A stretch of 64,000 nucleotides of DNA from a virus: the IMG/VR virus record IMGVR_UViG_3300023202_000135, positions 1-64,000 of that record. One strand, written 5' to 3'. Numbering within the stretch: the stretch's first letter is position 1; each line of letters starts with the position of its first letter. The notes beneath the pieces were generated by a model. The model searched no databases. It had not been told where the DNA came from and saw only the letters and a program-made list of their open reading frames with translations. The position numbers and the translations under genes are program-made. This document shows, piece after piece, positions 27,721 to 37,600 of this stretch.

Positions 27721-29811
27721 TCAGCCCTTCACGAGTTCAAAGAAGAGTCCGCGGAGGTTGATCGCCTGGACCGCAGAGTCCAGGACGATGCCTCCGTTGT
27801 AGAGGATCTCGTTGTTGTAGAGGAAGCTGTCGTCGTAGAACTGACGACGGTCGACGGCCGCTTGGACGCGAACGTCTTGCAGCGGGAGGTAGGGAAGGGA
27901 CCCGGCCGCGTCGCCTGATTGCGTGGCGAAGTCCGGGTGCGCGGGCGGGAGCACAGGAAGGGGTGATCCGCCAGACGGCCACGGGTCGACGGGCGGCGCA
28001 ACGTCCCGGCGGTAGTCTTCGTGGGTCAGCGCCAGGGTGTCGTCGCCGCCAGACATGCCGGTTATGGCCACGGGCCCACCGGTCGAGGTGATCGGCTCGT
28101 TGAAGTCCGCGCCTGCGAGCTGGTGCGTGAGGTTGATGATCGACGGGTCGTTGTCGTCCTGACGCGCGGTGATCTGCACGTGACCGTTGATGGCGTTGGT
28201 CAGGTTCTCCACGGTCTCGTCGATGGTCCCGCCGATCTGCACGAGGACGCTGCCGCCGGCCACGGCGCCGTTGTCGTCGAACTCGAACGTGCGCGGGAAT
28301 CCGCCCGTCTTATCGTCGATGGTGATGCTCTGCGCCTCCAGACCTACAAGGCTCGTGACCTGGATCGAGCCGGTCGCCTTGGCCTTGCGGACGTGGCTGA
28401 ACAGGATGCGGTCGATGAGGCACGACAGCACGCCCGTCGCGTTGTCGATGGCTGCGTAGATGTCGGACAGGCGGATGAGGAACCCGCTGCTGTTCTCGAA
28501 CAGGGATACCAACGACGTCACGATCGCCGCGTGCACAGCTTGCGGCTCGAACCGCTGATCGTAGACGACCGGCGCGAGGTAGATGTCGACGTAGGCCTGA
28601 TCGGGCGTCGCGACGGCGTTGTGGACTGTGACCATGGTCCGATCGCGAAGAAACTGCTGGATCTCGAAGGGCTGCGTCCCTGAGATTTGCGCATACCGCG
28701 TGTAGGGGACCACGGTGTCCTGGGCCACGCTTCCGGAGCTGACCACCATGTCGACCGCTTCGCTCGCCCACGCGTAGATGATGACGAGGTTGGTCGCGTA
28801 ACTGGCTTGAAGGATGTCCGCGAATCCGAGGGCGATACCGGGAACCCGGCGGATGGCGAGGTCGTAGTCGTCGCGTGTGACCACGCGATCGGACGAGCGC
28901 AGGAACGCGGGGATGTTCACCCGCATCTCCTCCAGGCTCTCTCGGTCGATACCGCCGCGGGCCGCAGTCGAAGAGGTGAACGACATTTGCACCGTCCCCG
29001 ACGTCTCGATCAAGGCCGCCGTGACAGCGCCCGTCACGTTCCCCGGGCCGCTGGTATTGCCTCCGGTGCCGGTTGTCCGGCGGAAGCGGACGGTGATCTC
29101 GCCGTCCGGGATCTTTCCGGCGTTGGACCCATCACCGAAGGTGAAGACGACCGACCCGTTCGGAGCGTACTGCGCCGTGTAAACCTGCTCGGTAGATTCG
29201 CGAAGCGCGAGGTTCTCCACCTCGACCCACCGGTTGAGCGGGTCGCTCGGGTCCCCGACGAACACCTCCCAGGATCCGTCAGCGACGCCGGTCGAGGAGA
29301 GCTGCACCGTCTGGTTAGGGAGGTTGTTGGTGTCGAACGTCTCCGTCAGCTCCGCACCTTCGGTCAGGAGGAGCGAGGCCGTAGTTGACCCGGCCGGAAT
29401 CACGACGTCATCGAGCAGCTCGTACGACCGGCCGTTGGCGCCGGTGAAGACCTCGCCCTTGGTGATGAGAGCGCCGTTGGTGGTCACCTCCGCGGGCATC
29501 TCGTCGATGGTGACCGTGACGGCGGCGGCGACGGGTCCTCGGGGGCGGTAGCCGACGCTTTGAGCGAACCGGAGCGCGCTCTCGTACCGCCGGGCGGTGG
29601 CTAGGAAAATCTCGGTGGCGACGCTGTCGATGTTGAAGGAGACGATGTCGCCCACGTAGCCCAGGAGTTCGATGAGCGTTGTCCCCAACGTGCTCTCGAA
29701 GAAGTCGGACCAGTCCTCGGGACGCGTCTTCTTGACGACGTCGGTGAGTTCTTCGACGATCGTCTCGAACTCTCGCTTGGTATAGCTCGTCGGCTTGAGC
29801 GCAGTCGTCAT
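27721..29811 (-). CDS. baseplate wedge protein (gp6/baseplate J-like)
   Basis: WSDFFES..GTTLIELLGYVGD, FGDG, GGIDRES, RVVTRDDY. Confidence 0.88.
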   Translation of the reverse strand: MTTALKPTSYTKREFETIVEELTDVVKKTRPEDWSDFFESTLGTTLIELLGYVGDIVSFNIDSVATEIFLATARRYESALRFAQSVGYRPRGPVAAAVTVTIDEMPAEVTTNGALITKGEVFTGANGRSYELLDDVVIPAGSTTASLLLTEGAELTETFDTNNLPNQTVQLSSTGVADGSWEVFVGDPSDPLNRWVEVENLALRESTEQVYTAQYAPNGSVVFTFGDGSNAGKIPDGEITVRFRRTTGTGGNTSGPGNVTGAVTAALIETSGTVQMSFTSSTAARGGIDRESLEEMRVNIPAFLRSSDRVVTRDDYDLAIRRVPGIALGFADILQASYATNLVIIYAWASEAVDMVVSSGSVAQDTVVPYTRYAQISGTQPFEIQQFLRDRTMVTVHNAVATPDQAYVDIYLAPVVYDQRFEPQAVHAAIVTSLVSLFENSSGFLIRLSDIYAAIDNATGVLSCLIDRILFSHVRKAKATGSIQVTSLVGLEAQSITIDDKTGGFPRTFEFDDNGAVAGGSVLVQIGGTIDETVENLTNAINGHVQITARQDDNDPSIINLTHQLAGADFNEPITSTGGPVAITGMSGGDDTLALTHEDYRRDVAPPVDPWPSGGSPLPVLPPAHPDFATQSGDAAGSLPYLPLQDVRVQAAVDRRQFYDDSFLYNNEILYNGGIVLDSAVQAINLRGLFFELVKG

Positions 29812-30230
29812 AAGAAGTTCTCCGCGATCAGCATGAGTTCCGTATCTCGGTCGATGGCCACAGCCCGCTCCTGCGTCAGGCGGTCACTGACGAGGCCGAA
29901 GGTGATGTGTAGTTGGATCTTCCGCGCGTTCGTGCGGACCTGGACCTGCTCGACATACACGTGCGGCGCGTGGCGGGCCACCGCCTCCTGGACCGCGTAC
30001 TCGACGACCGCCTCGTTGCTGGAGAGCTGGGGCTCCAATAGCGAGAAGTGCAGGCCGGACCCGAACGACCTCCGCCCGGGGCGGGACCCGATAGGGGTGA
30101 GGATCGCCACCAGCACGTCGCCCCACGCCACGTCGTACTTGCCGGCGGCGCGGAAGTACCCGCCGGACTTGCGCAGGGCCGGGAGCGCAAGCCCTCGAAG
30201 AGCTATATCGGTGGTGGCGTTGTCCGGCAT
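29808..30230 (-). CDS. baseplate gp25-like protein
   Basis: ILTPIGSRPGRRSFGSGL...EP motif. Confidence 0.8.
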   Translation of the reverse strand: MPDNATTDIALRGLALPALRKSGGYFRAAGKYDVAWGDVLVAILTPIGSRPGRRSFGSGLHFSLLEPQLSSNEAVVEYAVQEAVARHAPHVYVEQVQVRTNARKIQLHITFGLVSDRLTQERAVAIDRDTELMLIAENFL

Positions 30231-30240
30231 GCCTCGAATC

Positions 30241-30543
30241 CTACTGCGAGTTGAGGAAAGAACCAGCGGTCATGGACGGATTCACAACCCCCGAAAACCC
30301 GTCGACGGTAGTGATGGTGGCACCCTCCAAGATCAGCGGCTCCCCTGCGATGAAAACGATGAGGCTGACGATCGACGCCGCCGTAATCAGACGGCCGCCA
30401 ATCCTGGCGCTTCCGAACGTGACCAGCGGGTTCCCCGACGACACCACGAACGGGGCCGGCGGAACGTCGAACGGGGCCGAGAAGCTGTCGCCGCCCCGCG
30501 CCATGACTGCCGACCCAATTCCCGCCACGGCGACCAGCGTCAT
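30241..30543 (-). CDS. small spike-tip (PAAR-position) protein
   Basis: Size, position and VFIAGEPLILEG motif. Confidence 0.45.
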   Translation of the reverse strand: MTLVAVAGIGSAVMARGGDSFSAPFDVPPAPFVVSSGNPLVTFGSARIGGRLITAASIVSLIVFIAGEPLILEGATITTVDGFSGVVNPSMTAGSFLNSQ

Positions 30544-31265
30544 ACCCCGATCCCCCCGAGCGTCGCCCCGCCTGCGGCTATCTGCTTCCAACCTTCCAGC
30601 TTGACCGTGGCCTGGGCCATCAGTGACAAAACGTCACCGAGCCCCCCGCCGACGCCCGAGGAGACGCCGGCGTTGATCGAGAAGTCGGTGGTCTCAGCGA
30701 GGAACTCCTCGAACACGGAGCCCGCGAACACGGCGGGACACGTCGTCTGAACCTGGGTCGCGGCCGTAGTGGCGATAGCCAAGCTGTCCGCGTCGAGGTC
30801 GATGGACTTCAACTCGTCCTGGTATTGCTGCGCGAGGCCGATGGCCGGAGCCTCGTCTAGGCCCTGTATCCCGTCTCGGTAATCAGATTCGAGCTGGGAC
30901 GAGTAATCGCGCGCCATCCCCTCGATCAGCTTCTTCTGCGTCTCGGGGTCGATGCCTTGGAACGTGTCGAGGAGCGCCGTCTCGTCCTGTGCGGTCCGCG
31001 ACGCCTCGTACTGCTTGATCGCGAGCGCGGTCGGGAACAGAGGGCACGTGATGTAGCTGACGAGGTCGGTGAAGGAGATGCCGATCGGGTCGGGGATGAT
31101 GTCGACGATCCCTTCTATCTTGGCGACTGTATCGACCGTGATACTGCCGACTGCCGCGTTGAGCGCGTTCTCGTAGAACTTGGCTTGGCGCACCTTCCCC
31201 AGCTCCCGGCTGACGTACGCCTGGAGAACCGTGATGACAATGTCGGGGCACCCGCAAACGGCCAT
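30540..31265 (-). CDS. hypothetical baseplate-region protein
   Basis: Packed between the spike and gp25 genes. Confidence 0.6.
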   Translation of the reverse strand: MAVCGCPDIVITVLQAYVSRELGKVRQAKFYENALNAAVGSITVDTVAKIEGIVDIIPDPIGISFTDLVSYITCPLFPTALAIKQYEASRTAQDETALLDTFQGIDPETQKKLIEGMARDYSSQLESDYRDGIQGLDEAPAIGLAQQYQDELKSIDLDADSLAIATTAATQVQTTCPAVFAGSVFEEFLAETTDFSINAGVSSGVGGGLGDVLSLMAQATVKLEGWKQIAAGGATLGGIGV

Positions 31266-31266
31266 G

Positions 31267-32283
31267 TTACACCTGCTCGAAGGAGATGAGGGGGGCGCGC
31301 ACGGTCACCTGCGCGGATGAGTTGACGTCGACCTGACCCACGGCCTCGATGCTGGCCTGACCTTCCGACTTGACGACCGCCTCGATTGCGGCCTCGATCC
31401 GGGCAACTTGAGCCTTGACGTCGACGTCCGCATCGGACTCGATTCTGACGCCGGCCACGCCCTTGATCGAGATGGTGCCGTCCGCCTCTACGGTCAGCTC
31501 GCCCCCGGACTGAATGGCAACGGACTGGAGGGCGCGAAGCGAAGCGACCAGCGTCTTCGCCTGCGCGGTGTCCTCGTATTGGCCCAGCACCAGCTCCTCC
31601 GGCTGTAGTGACGCTTTGTCAGCCTGGGTCGAGAGTCCGGTGACCGGATCCACGTCGTGGCCAACCTTGACCTCGTTGTCCGCGGACAGGACGGCGTCCT
31701 TGCCGGTGAGGCGCATGAGGTCTGCGCGCAGCAGCAGCGTTGCAGCCTCGACGAGCAGCGACGCCGCCATGCGGATCTCGCCGCCGGCGCCCTGCATCTG
31801 GAGCGGCCCCGTGGAGCGGAGGCGGACGCTGTTGTCGCGCTTCGAGACCATCACCTCAGCCCGCCCGGAGCGGAGGCGCACCCACATCTCGTCGCTCTTC
31901 TCGGACAGCTCGACCAAGTTCCCCTGGCGGTCCTGCCGACGCCACCGCTTGCGGTTCTGTGCGTAGTCGCTCGTGACGGCCGTTGGGAGGTCCGGGAAGT
32001 TGGCGGATCGCGACGGCGCGGCCCCGACGATGACCGGGTGCTCGCGACGGCCGCGCTCGAACATGACCCACACCACGTCGCCGGTGCTGAGGGGCGGGCT
32101 GTCCCCTGCGTTCTTCGACGCCATCCCGAGCGCGCTCTCGGCCCAAGGAAGATGGTCTACCGGGATGCTTTCCGCGAAGAACTCCGGGACGCGCACCTTG
32201 TACCGTGCGCGGAACTGCTCGTCGTCGGTGCTGACGATGACGCCGCGCCACAGGCCCGCGATGTTGTCAGGGTCCGGTGTCAT
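31267..32283 (-). CDS. baseplate central spike (gp5/gpV OB-fold)
   Basis: WRGVIV..DD...RYKVRVP, LPWA, GDVVWVMFERG..HPVIVG and a beta-helix C-terminus. Confidence 0.85.
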   Translation of the reverse strand: MTPDPDNIAGLWRGVIVSTDDEQFRARYKVRVPEFFAESIPVDHLPWAESALGMASKNAGDSPPLSTGDVVWVMFERGRREHPVIVGAAPSRSANFPDLPTAVTSDYAQNRKRWRRQDRQGNLVELSEKSDEMWVRLRSGRAEVMVSKRDNSVRLRSTGPLQMQGAGGEIRMAASLLVEAATLLLRADLMRLTGKDAVLSADNEVKVGHDVDPVTGLSTQADKASLQPEELVLGQYEDTAQAKTLVASLRALQSVAIQSGGELTVEADGTISIKGVAGVRIESDADVDVKAQVARIEAAIEAVVKSEGQASIEAVGQVDVNSSAQVTVRAPLISFEQV

Positions 32284-33632
32284 TCGATCCCTCGCTCAAT
32301 TCGTTCGTGCCTGCCGACCGACTCCTGGTTGACGCCTTGCGCCTGCTCCTCGGTAGGAACGATCGTCTCGGTGGGCTGGAGCTGTGTCGACCCGGGCTGC
32401 GGGTTCGCACCCTCCCGCACGATCAGGCAGCGCGTGGTCCACCCGCCGGTGCTGACGTCATGCTCCACCTCCATCACGCGGAATGTACCGCTGAGGTAGT
32501 GGAGGTCGCCGTTCTCTCGTAGGTACTCGACGCGGATGTAATCGTACTGCCGGATAGCGTGCGTTCCTCGCACTTCCAGCTCGGCCTTGTAGGTAAACTC
32601 GCGCATGCGGTCGTGCAACGCGACGACGCGACGCTGGAACTCGGCCGCGTCCCGGGCCTGGATGTTGATTCGGTAGAGCGCTGTGCCCTCAAACGACGGC
32701 ACGGCGACCGCGTCACCAAGGGTCGTAAGCGGTATGCCGGGCACTCCTTCGGTTTGCGACGTGGTTATCTTGAGAGCGGTGCCGTCGAGACTATTGAACC
32801 CGACAAACTCCGTGTTCCCCCCGCCGAACAAAGTCTTGAAGAATGATTCGTCGCTGGGGGCGAAGTTGATGACGTCGCCGTCGACTCCGCGGGCGAACAC
32901 GTACCGAGCCCGTACCGCTCGCCGGTCGGACGCACGCACACCACGCTGGTCGACCCGGTGGTCGAAGGTTCGGAAGTGCGTGCGTCCGTCACGGTCCTCG
33001 ACGAGGAACAGAAAGTGCTTCCCGTTTTTCCCTTTCGTCTGCGTGGCCAGCCGGAGGAGGAACTCGACGTCGCTCTCTCCGTTCGTTGTCGCAGATTCGG
33101 TCAACTTGTCGGAGCTATCCTCGACCGTGTTCTCGTCGTAGTTCCACCCGCGGGCCGCGGCGATCTGCTGGAAGACGCCCGGGTCGCCCGGGTCGTTGCT
33201 GCTGATGAAGGTGCCGGCAGCGAAGGAGCGGATCTTCCGGTCGCGGTACTGCTGTGCCGCTTTCACCCCCGACAACTCCAGGGTCAGCGTCACGCCTTGT
33301 GGTGTGAACTGCGGTAGTGGCTTGGTGATGACACCGAGGAACTTCGGGTATTGTCCTATGTCGACCCCGGCCTTTTCCCACCCCCAGCTCACGCGCACGC
33401 GCCTGCGGTCGCCCGCGGCGAACAGGAGCGCGTCGAGGGCATCTCCTTGGCGATCGAACAGGACCACGGTCCCTGTCCACGCCGCTTCCTTCAACTGGAT
33501 GTTGATCGACTGGAGGAACTGATCCGCCCGGAGCGCTACTTCGACGTCGCGCCCTTGCGCGTCCACGCCCAGGAAGGCGAGGTCGAACACAAGGGACTGT
33601 CGACTGTCTCTAGTGTTATCAAGTACCCCCAC
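32280..33632 (-). CDS. baseplate hub (gpD/gp27-like)
   Basis: ESDVEFLLRLA and SGTFRVMEVEHDVSTGGWTT. Confidence 0.8.
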   Translation of the reverse strand: MGVLDNTRDSRQSLVFDLAFLGVDAQGRDVEVALRADQFLQSINIQLKEAAWTGTVVLFDRQGDALDALLFAAGDRRRVRVSWGWEKAGVDIGQYPKFLGVITKPLPQFTPQGVTLTLELSGVKAAQQYRDRKIRSFAAGTFISSNDPGDPGVFQQIAAARGWNYDENTVEDSSDKLTESATTNGESDVEFLLRLATQTKGKNGKHFLFLVEDRDGRTHFRTFDHRVDQRGVRASDRRAVRARYVFARGVDGDVINFAPSDESFFKTLFGGGNTEFVGFNSLDGTALKITTSQTEGVPGIPLTTLGDAVAVPSFEGTALYRINIQARDAAEFQRRVVALHDRMREFTYKAELEVRGTHAIRQYDYIRVEYLRENGDLHYLSGTFRVMEVEHDVSTGGWTTRCLIVREGANPQPGSTQLQPTETIVPTEEQAQGVNQESVGRHERIERGIE

Positions 33633-33966
33633 GTCCGGCCCTCGCTAGAAACTGCATGACGAGCGGACGCGGTGGAATCACCAGGACGTCCCCAGGTTGA
33701 AGATCGAACTCCGGGTCGGTGACGCCATTGGCGAAGGCGACGGCAACCCACAAGGACTCGAAGCCTTCGCCGTAGTAGGCGACGGCCAACCGATCCAGGA
33801 ATCCGATCTCATGCTGTGCGAGGGTGTGACGTTTCGAGTTCGGGTCAGTCTGGTAGAACTCGGGCGGCACCTCGATGAGGGCGGTAATCACCTTGTCGAC
33901 CTCCGCACGGAAGATCGCGGTGTCCTTGAATCGGCTCGTCTTGAGGAGTGAGACGGTCTCGGCCAT
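33619..33966 (-). CDS. LysM-like baseplate protein (gp53/gpX-like)
   Basis: LDRLAVAYYG...WVAVAFANGV.DP..LQPGDVLVIP. Confidence 0.8.
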   Translation of the reverse strand: MAETVSLLKTSRFKDTAIFRAEVDKVITALIEVPPEFYQTDPNSKRHTLAQHEIGFLDRLAVAYYGEGFESLWVAVAFANGVTDPEFDLQPGDVLVIPPRPLVMQFLARAGRGGT

Positions 33967-34658
33967 TATGTGTCCACCTGAGAGGCGAACGCACCTGTCC
34001 GCTTGATGAGGTCGCGCGTCACCGTGAAGGTGATGTCGACCTCCGCCCCGGACGGTAGGACGTCGTCAGTCGTGAACGGCCCCATCCACCGAACGCTAGC
34101 GTCCGATACGATGCACCGTGCGGCCAGCAACCGGCCAACGGTGAGGATCACCGGCGGCGGCGCGATGGACAGGGGAGGGTCCTTGCGGTCGTCAACGAGC
34201 GGCTTCTTGAGCTGCTCGATCCAACGGACCGGCACCAGGACTTCCTGTTTGATGATGTCGGTGATGCGGTTGGGGCTGGTCGCGCGACCCTGGGCCCAAA
34301 ACCGTAGTCGTAGGGGGATCTCCTTGTTCTGTGCGCCGACGAACACCTTGAAGTTCTCGGCGCGCCCGAGCACCTCGATGTCGGCATAGTTCGGTGTGAG
34401 GTTCTCCTCGATACCGTCTTCGAGGTCGAGGAACACCACTTGGAGGGAATCGGACTTGTCGCCGTTGGCCTCACGAAGGCCGGAAGGCCAAATGTCCTGA
34501 TGGCGCCCCCACCACGTCGATTCGATCGCGATCTTGAACTGGCTCGACTGGAGGCGCGGGGCGAGGCATTGGGTATAGTCGATGCCTCGCGGGGCTGCCC
34601 GCGAGTTGAGGGGGCGCCCGCCTACGCCTAGAACTTGGGATCCACCTTCGGCTGCCAT
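33966..34658 (-). CDS. tail tube initiator-like protein
   Basis: GRAE...PPPVILTVG pattern; directly follows the tape measure gene. Confidence 0.65.
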   Translation of the reverse strand: MAAEGGSQVLGVGGRPLNSRAAPRGIDYTQCLAPRLQSSQFKIAIESTWWGRHQDIWPSGLREANGDKSDSLQVVFLDLEDGIEENLTPNYADIEVLGRAENFKVFVGAQNKEIPLRLRFWAQGRATSPNRITDIIKQEVLVPVRWIEQLKKPLVDDRKDPPLSIAPPPVILTVGRLLAARCIVSDASVRWMGPFTTDDVLPSGAEVDITFTVTRDLIKRTGAFASQVDT

Positions 34659-37600
34659 TAGCTTCCACCCGCTATGTTTCGCGTGTCAGGTCCGGGGCGC
34701 GGTAGCGTCGCGCCTTGCGGGGCCTGCTGAATCTGAATCGTACCCTGTCCGCTGCTCTTGAGCAAGGTCGCGATGTTACCGAGTAGTCGATTCGTCTCCT
34801 GTTGCTGCTTCACGAGCGGGCTGTTCTCGCCCACCACGACCTCGATCAGACTGCGGATCTCGGACCCGGACGGCACATTGGCGAGGCCGGCGGCCTGGAA
34901 GTCATCGGCGGTCGGGATGTCGAACCCGATGGCCGCCATCGTCTCCATCACGAACTGGAGCTTCCCGCGCATGCGCTCGCGCTCGCGATCGTTCATCGCG
35001 TCGAAGTCGATGTTGTCGAGCGCGCGGAACCCACGGACGATGCCGCCCAGGCTGCTCATCATGTCGCCGGCACTGGCCAGACGCGCGGTCGCGCGTGCGC
35101 TGATCCGCATACCGCGGAACGTCTCGGACAGCTTCTCCATCGCATCGCGGATGTTGTCCGACTGCGCCAGCACCGGCTCGATGCTGCCCTCGTCTCCGAA
35201 CATGCCGAAGAGCCACTCGGTATTCCCCAGCTTGTTGGCGATGGGCTCCAAGTCGTTAAAGCCCTGCATGAGTAGTCCGAGCGAGCTGAGGAACTGGCCG
35301 GTTGGGCTGAACTTCTCCGCGGTGCTCGTCAGGGCGTCCGTGTTGAGGGCGGCAAAGGTAGTCACGATCTCGTTGATCGCGGTCACCATGTCCGCGCCAC
35401 CCGCGGCAATGCGTTTGCCGGGCGTCTCTTCGCCGCCGAAGATGGTTGCGAACTTGTTCGCAACCGCGGCCCAAACGCCCGGGTCCACGTCGTCGAACAG
35501 CTCGCGCAACCGCGTGAAGTTGCGCAGGAACGCCCCGGTGGTGCGGAAGGCCTGGACCGTCGTACCGAACGCATCGGCCGTGTCCTTGCCGCTGATGGGG
35601 CCGAAGATGGTCGCGAGCTTCGGAGCCGTAGCGGCGATGTCCTTGCCTACCGCTACTATGCGGCCGGTCGCGGTGCTGTCCGACCAGAAGTCGCCGGCCG
35701 TGCTGAGCATCTCCTTGATCGCACCTGGGTCCGCGCGGTCGAAGGCATCACTGACCTCCTCGAAGGCGAGGAACAGCTCGCCACTCGCCTCGAACACCTT
35801 GATGGTGGAGTCGAACCCCTTGTAGGTGGCAGTGCTATCGAGCGCGCGGAAAGTGTCGCTGAGCCCGGTGACACTGCGTCGAATGTCCCGGCCGTTCTTG
35901 ACGATGTGACTCGCCATATCCCGGCCGGTCCAGAACTCGACCGATGTGTCGATCGCGCCCATGACCGATGCACCGAGACCGATGCCGGCGACGAGGGCGG
36001 CGGTGCGGGCGAACTTCGCCATGAAGTTGCCCATTCCCGCGAACACCTTGTTGGCGGTCTGTAGTCCGTCCACGGCGACCTTGCTGGGGTCGAACTCGGT
36101 TGCGAGGTTGTTGATGACGCCGGTAATGCGGCCTGCAAAGTCGGTGAGCTGGTCGAACGGACTGCGACCCCCGAACAGGGACGTGATCTTGTCGACGCCG
36201 TTGACGACGGTCGATACAGCGACACCGACGAGCGCACCAGTCGAAATGGCGGCGAAGGCTCCCATGAATACCGCGGCGCTCTTGATGACGCCGAGCGACT
36301 TGTCGAGTTGGCGTTGGTCCACGTCGAACCCAGCGATGAGGCCCATGACGACGTCGCTCATGGTAGACCCGACTCCGGTGACCCCGCCGAACTTCTCCAT
36401 CGCCGCGCTGAACGCGATCATGGCCGGCGCCGCAACAAGCATGCCGGTCGCCATGACGGCGGTGCCCGTGCCGATGGCGGCGAGGCTCGGGCCGAGTAGT
36501 GCGAGCGCGGCCGTGCTGGCAACGATCTGCCCCGGGTCCATCTCCTGGAAGACCGCCACGATCCCCTGCATGCCGTTGAGGATCACCTCGAAGGCCGGCG
36601 CGGCGACCTTGGCGGCGAACCCGAGGCCGATGATAGCGCCGGTGATGACGGCGGTGCCGAGGATGACCGGCGGTGCGGCGAACGCGGCGAGGCCTTTGGC
36701 GACACCCGCGAACATAGCTCCAAGGCCGCCCCCGCGCGCGCCCGCGCCCGCGACGCTGGAGACCGCGGCACCCTTGGCCGCCCTCTGGAACATGAACAGC
36801 TTCTTAATGGCGCCGCCAAGAGCGGGGAGCATGGCGCCGGTGGCCCGCGCCGCGAAAACGACCGCCCCTTTAGCCATCTGACCAAGATAGAACGCGGACG
36901 CGATCATCTGGAAGTTCATCCCGTCGAGGGCTTCAATGACGTCGAAGCCGACCTTGTCCGCGACAAATCGCTGCGCCGCGTTGGTCCACTCGCTCCACAC
37001 GGGGACCTGACCCGCGACGGCCTTCTCCAATTTCTCCGCCGCTCCGGTGGTTTCGACCAAGGAGTCGCGCACCTTCCCCGCCGTGTCTATAGTTTCTTCT
37101 TGCCGCTCCGTGAAACTGCGGAACGCGGTCGGGTCAACCTGCGCGATCTCCGCAAACCCTTCCGCGGCGAGGCCTTTGATCCCAAGACGGTTCGCCTTGT
37201 CGGCCATTGCGCGGACGACGTCCTCGATGTTGCCTTCCTGCACCATCTTCTGTATTTGCTGCGGATCCAAGTCGGTCAGTGTGCGCAACGACTGCCTCGC
37301 GGCGATCCCGGCCTCCGAATCTTCGAGGCTCAGCGCGATCTTCTCGGTCAAGTCCTTGCCGAGGTCCAGGAACTCCTCCCCGAACGCGGCCCTAACACCC
37401 ACCAGACCTTGCACCATGCTGGATCGCATACGCTCCGGTAGTTGCTTGAGCGCCAAGCCGGTGGCGGACGTTGGGTCGATGATCTCGGCAAGCGCTTGTT
37501 GGGCGCCTTCCAACCCCAAAGCCGTGCTTGCCCCGAGATTCCTCGTGGCGAGGGCGGTGGCGATGGACTCTTCACGCGTGAACTTGAGGGCGTCACCCAT